64,000 nucleotides of DNA from Antedon mediterranea (lineage: Eukaryota; Animalia; Echinodermata): contig NC_092675.1 in assembly GCF_964355755.1 (NCBI RefSeq), positions 10,597,812-10,661,811 of the forward strand, in the 5' to 3' direction. The notes under the pieces are model-generated. The model did no database searches, was not told the DNA's origin, and saw only the letters and a list, made by a program, of their open reading frames with translations. This document shows positions 12,401-24,400 of this stretch, in pieces; positions within the stretch are counted from its first letter, which is position 1, and each line of letters opens with the position of its first letter. The translations under genes and the position numbers were made by a program.

Positions 12401-15400
12401 GCATGTATGCATACATGGGGTCGGCCATTCAGAGCACTCGTCAATATCTGTTGATATCAAGTTATTATTAAAATATTAGTAAAATAGAAATTACGATAAT
12501 CATGTTGTTGATGCTGAAACTGAAACTATGGATTGATTAAATAGTTATTATAATTAACTTATTTTACAATTATACTGGAATAATTAACGAACAAGAACAA
12601 AAAAGCCGAACAAAAATTTAAAATGTTATCTTTTTTTTTTTAAAGAAGAACATGTTTATTTGGGCACCATTTCCTCTACGATATTAGTAAGGATAACCAA
12701 TTCTTTCCTGTCAGTAAAATAAGTTGTCAGCGTAACGTCATGTCAAAACAATTTGCAGTCTTAATTTAACCAACGGAGGATATAGTTTGTAAAATATTAA
12801 ATTTTACCTAGGCAAGTTTGTGTTGCTTCGTCCATCTTGTAACCAGGGAAACATGTACAGTGTTGTCTAGTGATGGATACTACTTCACACTGCTGTTGAC
12901 ATCCACCGTTGTTTAAGGTACACGGGTGTGGATCTGTAAAACAGAATGTAAAAACTGTAGAACCACACATTTTAGGACAATCGAGAATGTTGGATTCATT
13001 CATGTCGTTTGGAATTAAATAAATGCAATCTTCAGTGAATACAAATTTAACTTATAATGGACAAACACAAATTCATACCGTTAACAAAGTGTGCACCATT
13101 CATTAGAACAAATTTACAATTTGAGAAAATGTCCCACAATAAAAAAAATAAACAGCGTAAATGAAATGTTATCCAGTTACCCCATAGCCTAGCCGTATCA
13201 TATTTTCTTAAATATTTAAAATATCATATAAACATTAATAATAATTAACAGTTAAAATTAACAATTCATATTTTTTTCAAATGCAAATACCGCAATGTTG
13301 TTCATCGGAACCGTCTGGACAATCATCAACACCATCGCAACGCCACCTCTTAGTAATACACGATCCACTAGAACATCGGAACTTGTGTTCTTCATCACAT
13401 GCTGTGTTACGTAATACAGAACATCTACAAGTAAACATTATGTACAATACATGACGTAGTCGTTTTCCTCATTATCATCGGCAGTACATAATTGCACATG
13501 CGCCACCGATTTTGTCAAAATGAGCTAGGGCTGGTTATTTATAGTACAATGTTCTCAAAAACCATTTCGATCATTATACAGGGATTAAGATAGCTTCTAC
13601 TCGGTTTCCACAATAAATTCAAACGTTTTATAATAATTTATTTCAAACACATCCAACATCAAGTGTCTGGCTAATTTCAGGTTGGATTGCTATATCATAC
13701 TTATAATTAAACTCCTCGTCGCTTAGATAGTCATTTATCTCGTATACTGTAATATTTTGTGGTAATCAGTAGGCCTACGTCGAAGAAACGGAAAACACTC
13801 TCTGTATGGGAATGACCGGGTGGTTTGGAATTAATGTTCTGTCCCTGTTGTGTTTATAATTAACATTACAAACCCAAACTGTTCCAATGTGAGCAGCATA
13901 GGCTGTTAACAACAAACTACTGCACTATGTGGTTAAAGTACTTACGATTCTTCTTTTTCATCACTTCCATCGCTACAGTCAGGCTCACTGTCACAAACCC
14001 ACATATGTGGTATGCAGGATCCACTAGATTCACATGTGAATTCTTTCTCTGTGCAAGCTTAAATATGAACAATATCTTATCGTAATATAATACTGTACAA
14101 GGTTGGAATATATTGCCTCTAAAGTTATCAATACGGCTAACCGGACATTGTGATGTCATATAAACTATAGGATTTTGGTCTCTTTTGTCAATCAATTATC
14201 TTTCGCATGATTTACAATTTTTAAAATTTTGATGACGTCATCATGTGCAAAAGCGTGAATAACTTGGGTCACTTATTTTCATCATTTCAATAAACATCAA
14301 TACGTTATAGCTCCTCAGAACGAAAAGTGATATTCTTGATTAAACGTTTTCTGGAAGCTGTTGAATGGTAGATACAATACAAATTATGAGCATCGGATGT
14401 TGTGACGTCACCATATGGCCAGTTGAATTATAAAAGTAGTATTTTCACAAAGAGCGTGCATCATATTCTAAGTATCCAAATTTCTTCAACACGTTAATAT
14501 GTTGTTGCTCAGATAATTTACTTCTAAAATTACTATCTACGTAGTGTTTCATTTTGATCATCATGTTGGAATAAAATGCGGGTCCCGTTATTTTCACCTA
14601 TTCTGCACTGGGCCTAGTATGTATACTGTATATATAGCCTACACAAATTAGAGAGGGCACACTAACATTTTATTTTCTTCAGCTCACAATGGCATATAAT
14701 CATTTTACTGTGCGCAATAAGCCTATTCTAACGTATGACGTGCACGTGGCGTTTGCGCGGCGGATAACCTAACGCGTCCATAGTGACGAGTTTAATTTAG
14801 TCTATTAGAGTATTAAGACGATGTGCAAAAGATAAATGATAATAATGATAATCAATATGATATTTTTCAGTTTAAAAGATACACAAAGTGAATTACAACA
14901 TTACTATATTACAATGGATTTAAAAATCAAACTATTTTACTATATGAACTGTAAATTCAGATATGATTAGTACGGTAAATAAAGTGAAAATAAATAATAA
15001 ATTAGTCATCATATTTTATATAAACATTTAGACAAATAATCAAAATTAAAATATTTATTTTATTAAAAAGGTGGCAAATTTATTATTCTTACAGCAGCCT
15101 TCTTCGTCTTTACCGTTGCTACAATCACGCACACGATTACATGTCAGCTGTTTAGGAATACATACACCAGTGGCACATTTAAACTGTTCTGATCCACAGG
15201 TAATACCTTGAGAATCTAAAATAAAATGTAAATTCAAATTCAAGAAACATATTTTTTTCATTTTTATCGTTTCAGGTTAATTGATACATTTTCAGTGTAT
15301 CACCGGGCGATTTAAAATTTATTCTGTACCTGTCGATTTATATAATGTAAAAGTTTCTCTTCGGAAATCCCGTTTTCCGGGAATTAATATACTACACACA

Positions 15401-18400
15401 CGGAATTTATTAAAGACCTTGATTCTATGTTGTTATGTGAGAATCCGACCACTATGTCATAGAATGTAGATAGAAAGAAAGAAAAATAGGAATGGAAAGG
15501 AAAGGAAAGAAATAAAGAATGGAAAGAATGGAAAGAAAGAATAAATGGAAATCAAGAAAAAGAAGGGAAGAAAGGAAAGAAGGAAAAGAATGAATGGAAA
15601 TAAAGGAAAAGAAGGAAGGAAGGAAAGATAGGTAAGAAAGAAGGGAAAGAATGAATGGAAATAAAGGAAAAGAAGGAAGGAAGGAAAGATAGGTAAGAAA
15701 GAAGGGAAAGAATGAATAGAAATAAAGGAAAAGAAGGAAGGAAGGAAAGATAGGTAAGAAAGAAGGGAAAGAATGAATAGAAATAAAGGAAAAGAAGGAA
15801 GGAAGGAAAGATAGGTAAGAAAGAAGGGAAAGAATGAATAGAAATAAAGGAAAAGAAGGAAGGAAGGAAAGATAGGTAAGAAAGAAGGGAAAGAATGAAT
15901 AGAAATAAAGGAAAAGAAGGAAGGAAGGAAAGATAGGTAAGAAAGAAGGGAAAGAATGAATGGAAATAAAGGAAAAGAAGGAAGGAAGGAAAGATAGGTA
16001 AGAAAGAAGGGAAAGAATGAATAGAAATAAAGGAAAAGAAGGAAGGAAGGAAAGATAGGTAAGAAAGAAGGGAAAGAATGAATAGAAATAAAGGAAAAGA
16101 AGGAAGGAAGGAAAGATAGGTAAGAAAGAAGGGAAAGAATGAATAGAAATAAAGGAAAAGAAGGAAGGAAGGAAAGATAGGTAAGAAAGAAGGGAAAGAA
16201 TGAATAGAAATAAAGGAAATAAAGGAAGGAAATAATTAACATTATAAACCCAAACATGTTTTTTTCACTTGAATTATAAGTTTCCAGCTTTTTTTGATAA
16301 TTTTTTTAAAATCAAACCATTTTCCCATTGAAATGACAATCTGCGCGCGATTTAGTTAAAAATGTACAAAATATTGTCAAAATCATGCCTATATTTAATC
16401 TATTATCGCTCTTCGGGATCAACCGTGAACCCAATTTTTTATTATGGTACAGTACTAATAATGGTGGTAGAACGAGTCTTCTCGGATGAGGACTATAAAC
16501 CGTATAGTGTACACATCTGGCTCATGGCGTATCAATTTGATCTCTGGTGCGCGTGCGTACAACTGAAGACTAGTGCTGTTCCGCCGTACCACGCCGAGAA
16601 TGTTAAAGAGTCGCTATCCAATCGAGTTTGAACAATACCATGAAAGCCCCACTGGTCTAATGGTTAGGACATCTGCATATCAAGCAGGCGGTCCGAGTTC
16701 GAGTTCGGTCTCATTCTCACAGATTTCCTCATCTTTATCGTTTCAAATTAATTAATTAAATTTCAGTATATCACCGGGCGGTTTCAAATTTTTTTTTTTT
16801 TTTTTCAGTATAAATATGCAAAATAAAAACAAAACCGACACAGCGGTGACATGAGGCAAAACAAAATAAATTAAATTCTCAAAAGGCAAAAGCAAAAAGC
16901 AAACATAAAATGTAAAAGGTATATCTTCTTAGTTCTCCATTTACCCAAGACAATAAATTTCGTCTTGGTTTATCAAAATAAAATCTTATAAAATCAGAAG
17001 TTTAACAAGTTTCCAGTCCTCATTAAATAACTCTATATTGTCGTTTATCAAATGTAAGTACTCTTCTATTTTTATAATACGACTTAAAAAATTAACCAGT
17101 CCTGAATTTGATGGTTTAATATCAGAACATCTTGATATGTAAATAAAATATTTTACCAAAATGACAAGATTATTTACAGCATAACATTTTACAAAAAGTA
17201 CAAAGATCACAATTCTTTATCTTAATTTTTTTTAGAAAGGTGTTTGTTGTTAAAATTCTATTGACAATTCTATATTGAAACCACTGATACTTTATATTTC
17301 TTGCCGAGATGAAAGGAAAAGAGCAAATTCGTTTCCATTCATCCTTTTCAAATTCTTTCCTTATTTCTTTTGACCACTTTTCTCTCACCATCGAAACTTC
17401 CAATTTATCGGAGGTACATATTTTATAAAAACCCTTAATACCATATTTACATTTATAGAATAGAAAATTATAATTTACGTTTACTGGGTTTTCAATGTTG
17501 CACTTAAAAGGCAACAGTCTGTTCCACTGTGTCTTAATAGCATCGATAATACCTTGGTAGTCTAAGTAATTACACTTTATGTTGTATTTGAACTTAAAAT
17601 CTTCATAGCTCAAAAAATCTCCATCTGTTTTAACAAGATCATTAACAAAACGAATTCCCTTTTTAAACCATCTATCATAGTAGGGCCTACACTGTTTTTT
17701 TGTCTCTCTTTATGTCACTATTTCTCCATAAAGATGAACTTAAAACTCCATTTAAATCTAAATTTGCATTCCTAATTTTTGTCAATTCAGCTTAACTTTT
17801 TTGAAATTTCCAACAGTGGAGAGGATCCATAATCGAAAATTGAGCAGGATGTTGAACATTGAATTTATATTGTCATCCTGTCTTACTCTCCTCATCCATG
17901 CTACTTTTACAGATTTATTTTACATAACTAAAAATATCTACCATTTTTGTTCCACCCTCTGAGTATCCTTGCATCATTGCATTTCTTTTAACCCTATCTA
18001 GCTTATTACCCCAAATAAATTTTTTAAAGGAATTATGTATTTTCTGAAGTGTTATCAGGTCTGGGTTTGGTAAATGCATTAAACAGATAGTTAAGTTTTG
18101 ATAGCATCAAATATTTACATACAACAATTCTACCTAAAGCTGTCAGCCTTCTTTTCGACCACACCTCTACAAGCTTGTTAATTTTGTCTACTGCAGGTCC
18201 ATAATTTAGGTCTAGCATTTCATTAAGGTCAAGTGAGAAATGTATTCCGAGTAGATTAAAATACTTTTTTTCCCATTTGAGATCAAACTCTGGGCATAAT
18301 TTTATGTTACTGTATTTTCTTGCCCCAATCCATATGGCTACTGATGTTTTAACATTTATCTGCAGTCCTGACATTTTTGAAAATTTTTCAAGAGTAGAGA

Positions 18401-21400
18401 GTGTGTTCTGAAAAGACTCTTTTGAACCTTACAAAATAAATGTCGTCGCTTACCGTACGACTTACACTTCCCGTACCACTTAAGCTTCCCGTACGACTTA
18501 CACTTCCCGTACCACTTACACCGCTTTCCTAAAGTATTTTCAACCGCTCGGAAACATACGTAAAGGGAGTTCGTGACACTGCCCATGTTGCAAAACGTCT
18601 TCCTTTTTGGGCCGAAAAGGCCCACTCTGTCGTGGAAGTTAGTTACAAAAGATGTTTAAATTAAATAATGTATTCATTATTAGGATGGTATTTATTTGAA
18701 TAAACGTCTCCCCAATAAAACATAACTTTGAATAATATTCGCCCCCACCCCCCAACCCAACTATCTAATAAACGCCCATCCACATTTATACACACAATAT
18801 TGTATTATATTTATAATAACACAATTATACTATTTGTAGTAGCACTGTTATCTACAACTTACCAAGCATTTGTTATTATTTTTTACTATTTTTCATATCT
18901 ATTGGAGGATTTTATTTGATTATAATGTTATCATATTATTATAACTAAAAAATTAAACATATCCCTCGAATAAGCACCTCCCTTAAATGAACTCCGCCTT
19001 CCCACCTCCGCCCTATAAGGGCCCTACTACACAATAAACACTATACTTTAAAATGTTATTAATCATCTAAGACACTGTGAAACAGAGTAGGTTTAGTTTT
19101 ACGAATGTCAAGCATTTTCAATAATGGTAACGTACAAGGAGAACGTCCTTCTAAAACCTTTTTACCCGAGTCATTATCATTCCAAAAACCATCGTCTACA
19201 CCCTCTAGTAAAATAAAATACAGTAGTAGTAGTAGTAAAATAAAGTAGATAAGTTGTAGATATAAATTTATGCAAAATTGTTAACTCTCGGATGTTATGA
19301 CGTCATCGTATGGCCATCCGAATATAAAATATTTTTGTCACATTTAATAGAGCGCAATCTTGCTTATCCGTAACTTATCTCCCAGATATTAATATTTTTT
19401 TGCTTAATAAATTATCTTTTGTAAGAGTTTTTAATTTGGATGACATTTTGTGTATCGGATGTTGTGACGTCATCAATGGCCAATTTAATTTAAAAAGTCG
19501 TATTTTCATCTTTTGCGTCATAGTTCATCACATTTAAAAGAGCGCGCATCTATAGTTTGCGTGTCCAAATTTCTTCAACGCGTTAATATGTTGTTGCTCA
19601 GATAATTTCCTTCCAAAATTGCTATCTTGTTTCATTTTGTTGATGTCATCATGTTAAAAATTGGAATAAAAGACGGGTCCCGTAATTATAATGCCAGACT
19701 GTGCAATACAGTAGTGTAAACTGTTTAGACACAAAATAGAGAGTACACTAAAATCTTATTTTCTTCAGTTCATAATGGCATAATCTATTTCTGTGCGCAA
19801 TACTCTAACGTATGATGTGCATGTGGTGTTTGTCGTGCGGATAACTAACTCGTCAAAGTGACGAGTTCAAATACAGTTTGCCTAACACATTTACAAACAA
19901 CAACTTTAATTGTAAATTCGTTCATTTTGTAGACCTACTATAAAGTATTTCTACTGAAATTGTTTTTTATGAATTCTAAATTATTGGGTTAAAACAATGG
20001 TTTCTTTTAATAATGAAAATCACCCTTACTGCATTGTGCCTCATCTGACCCGTCGATACAATCTCGTTTGGTGTTGCATTTAACAGATATTGGTAGACAA
20101 AGACCGTCAACGACACACTTAAACTGATCTGGATGGCATGAAGACATCGGTGTTGCGTTGGCTTCTTGTTCATTACCTCGTAAAACAAATGCATGATTAT
20201 ATTAATGGTGCTATCCTATTTTATTAACAATGTTTGCAAACACGTTGCTATGCTTGTTTATTATTTATATTATTCAATGAAACATTCATATCATCACCTA
20301 CTTTTTGTGACACCAAAATAGACAATTATAGATCAGGAATTTTAACTTGAATCGTAGAAATGTACATTAAAAAAAATGAAATTAACATTTTTCATGTTCA
20401 TGGTTCAGTTCTTAGAATTTAAGCAAAATATTAATTTCCATACAGTGTTTTACTACTACACTTAGTAATGAAGTTTTAATGAGCGATTTAAATTGGTATT
20501 GTAGTAAATTATATTTGAGTTATTATGTAGTGTTGCACACCAAGAATAACACATTAAGTCCTCCTCCTCGGTGCGTCCTTTTGGTGGTGAATTGTGAATT
20601 ATTATGGTAGTGTTGCACACCAAGAATAACACATTAAGTCCTCCTCCTCGGTGCGTCCTTTTGGTGGTGAATTGTGAGTTATTATGTAGTGTTGCACACC
20701 AAGAATAACACATTAAGTCTTCCTCCTCGGTGCGTCCTTTTGGTGGTGAATTGTGAATTATTATGTAGTGTTGCACACCAAGAATAACACATTAAGTCCT
20801 CCTCCTCGGTGCGTCCTTTTGGTGGTGAATTGTGAGTTATTATGTAGTGTTGCACACCAAGAATAACACATTAAGTCCTCCTCCTCAGTGCGTCCTTTTG
20901 GTGGTGAATTGTGAGTTATTAGTGTTGCACACCAAGAATAACACATTAAGTCCTCCTCGGTGCGTCCTTTTGGTGGTGAATTGGTGGGACTGTTGGAGAC
21001 GATCCCATACTCTTTTCAAATAGTTAACTGCATTCTTTAACGTGCACGTGAGCCACGTTGCACACGAGACCAACGGCTTAACGTCTTTTAAACGTACTAT
21101 TAAAAGGAACAGTAGTTCAATTGTTTCTAGTAATACTTACAATTATGTTCATCACCACCACCATAACAATCAATCTCTCCGTCACAAAACCATTCAGCAG
21201 GAATGCATCGGAATTTGTTGCTTTCCTGAGCACGGCAATGCTTGTGACCATTCGGGCATTCTAGGTTACCTATAATTAATATGAATAGGTTAATATGTGT
21301 GCAGAAAATATGGCCATATATATGTTTTTATATAATAATATTGGATACGGGGTTTTCAGACGGAGCGAAAAACTTGTGTAACTCAAATTATTTCTACTCA

Positions 21401-24400
21401 CGACACATATCATCAAGTTCATCAGAACCATCGTGGCAGTCATTGTCTCCATCGCAGAACCATCTTAAAGGAATACATTGTGAGCTATTGCGGCACATGC
21501 GATGGTGCGCATCACAAGTCACCGTCGCTATTAAATTAAAAAAAATATGTTTTATAAATTACCTAACCGCATTGCTGTAGAAAACAAGGTCATTTACATG
21601 GCTGCAGTCGCGTGCGCAAATTTGATTATACAACACGCTATTACACGCATATTCAACACCCCTACAAAAAGTGTGTTGTATTAGGGCGCGTTTATACAAC
21701 ACGCTATTACACGCATATTCAACACGCCTACGAGAAGTGTGTTGTATAACATCGAAGAGATTCCGTGTAATGAGATTTTAATTGAAAAAAATGCTACTTG
21801 GCTGAATCCTAACATTTTGTGGATTCCCGGTTGCTGTTGGCGTGTTGGAAGTGTCCTCAGTGTATTGTTTTGACCTCTCGTTAAATAAAAGTATGTGCTG
21901 TGAAAATGTTGACCAAATCTAGTAGATAATTGTGCTTTTTTTTGCATATTTTAACCGATTTAGCACATTAACATTTCTAATTTCAAAAGCAGATTTAAAA
22001 AATCAATAATTGAATAAACTCAATTTTAAACGAAATCATCCTTTATTAAAATCCTTAATATAAACTCATATTAATTCATAATGCATGCAAGTATATGTAC
22101 AACTTAGGATTATGAACTACGGTATAACACGGTATTACGATTTCATGTATAACTGCAAGGTTTTTGTGGGGTTGACCTCGGCCCGTGCAACACGCTAAAA
22201 ATTAAACAACTTTTGGGTGTTGTATAAACACAGCCTTTTGTTTACCGAATAAAAACACAAACGGACACAGTTATCGCTGTAGCATGCAGTGTGTCGGATC
22301 ATAATCAAGGTACATTTGAGCACTACGCGCGCAAAGCAAACATCTATGAAGTGTAGATGATGGTTTGAGAAGGACCTGTTCCAAGCGTTGCTGAAAATAG
22401 AGGCGTGTTCACACCAGCCAGGTAAAAAGGTTTTAGAAGGACGTTTTTAAGATGGTTAGGGGGATTTTTTTTATTGGGAATGTGTTGGGCGTTTATTCAA
22501 ATAATATCATCCTAATTAGTAGATTACATTATGTAGTTTAAACTTCCTTTGAAACTAACTAAGAAGGAAGACGGTTTGCAACATGGGCAGAAGTATCCCA
22601 GTGTCCTAAGCCCACAGTTATTCCTGCCAGCATATTCAACAACTCGGGATATGATTCGATTTCAAACAAAAGGTCTTATCATCAGATGTAATTTTATATA
22701 TTATTCCCCACAATATACTCCAATGCTTTATGAATATATTTAATTTGATCTTTATTAATTTGCAGTATAATTTTTATTTTGATATCCACTGTACCTTCAC
22801 ACGCGCAGTCCGAAAATAAACAAAATATAAATGGCTATTGCACTAACAAGGAAGTTGCAAGGTGCACCCGTGAACTCACAGTGAACCCGGAAATTACTTC
22901 TACCGCGTACGGGTAAAAATCTACCTTTATAATATCTTCCTAAGATAGAAATATGGAACAATATCGTAATAGTGAGAACTAATGTTATCAAATCTAGGCC
23001 TACCATTCGCGGTACATCTAAGGTAGATGAGGTATGTAATCAAGGCGGAGATTTGTCCCGACTCTATAGCTCACTATGTCAGTCGGTCGTTAAACACTAG
23101 CTCCAATTTGCGCACGCGACTGCATCCATGTATATATGACCTCATTATTAACATTGATTTGACATAAATAATATTAAAACATACGGCATTTTTCATCGGA
23201 GTTGTCTTTGCAATCATTCTGCCCATCACATTGCCATACAAGTGGTATACATCTCTTATTAGCACATTGGAATTCGTTTTCACGACACTTGAATTCATCT
23301 AAAAATAGACAGACGTTTAAAGTCATTAAATTAATAATCGATTTTATTTGCTGTGCAGCACTATAAAAGCATTTTCGAAAATTGGTGTTTACATTCAATG
23401 TATAGAGATACCGAGATATAAAATACTATTCTCCTTCATTGCAATTGATAAAATGCTAAAATAATATAGATTGAAACGATGCATTTGCCAATGTTTTAAA
23501 GTACAATATATTGAAGTCAGACCTGATTTTATAATTATGATGATGTGTACTATTCTGTGCTTATCTACCGTACTGTAAATAGGCAAAGAATAGTCAGAAT
23601 GTATTGGTAATATATTGATACTTAAACTGTTTTTTTATTTGTATTATTATTTGTATATAACACCTAAATAAATTCTTCTAATTGTATTAGTATGGCATGA
23701 AGTTATTGAGATTGGGAAACTTAGGCCTATCATACATAAGAACGATTTCCATATCCTTGCGATTAAAAAAAAATCAAGCATTGTTATAAACATAATCTTA
23801 CAGTTACCACAGTCCTGTTCATCAGATCCATCGCTGCAGTCCGACTTGCCGTTGCAGACCGTTTCTTGAGAAACACATTTTCCACTTCTGAGGCATCGGA
23901 ATTCTTTAAAACATTCTGGCTCTGAATATAAATTATAAAATTCATATTTAAAAAATATCAATATTATACTTATATAACATTAACTAAAATTTAATTCGTC
24001 AATTTGACGAATTATGGGTGAAATTTATGATAAAAGATCATTTTACCGAGACATATTAAGTTTAAAAAAAACACGCCAAAAACGTAAAAACCTGAAGCAC
24101 ATACTTTATAGTGTATAGTGTATGTTATGTGTCATTTAGACTTATGCAGTATATACAGTATACTGTATATCGTATATACAGTATACTGTTACTATATAGT
24201 AGCACAGGTGAAATTACGGAATGAAACACTAAGTTTGAAAGATAATTGTCAGAGCAAAAACATATTACAATTTGGAAGAAAATTAGATACAATATTTGGT
24301 AATCCCATTTTAGTACGTGGATTTACCTACCAACTGATTCTACGACGCCGCTATAGTTTTCTGTAGTTTGCAAAAGAGTGTGTAACTTGACTGAAAAACT

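Noticed and set aside
15457-16257. 266-aa Phe/Leu/Ser-rich 'membrane protein' ORF
   Set aside because: Translation of the pyrimidine strand of the 61-bp repeat; it is not the missing TM exon of gene B.
19130-19210. Possible small exon between LDLa 5 and 6
   Set aside because: It matches in inverted orientation a repeat at about 22420-22450, and the flanking exons already join in frame.
20515-20985. CRISPR-like regular repeat
   Set aside because: Units are identical end to end with no unique spacers; eukaryotic intron; no cas genes.
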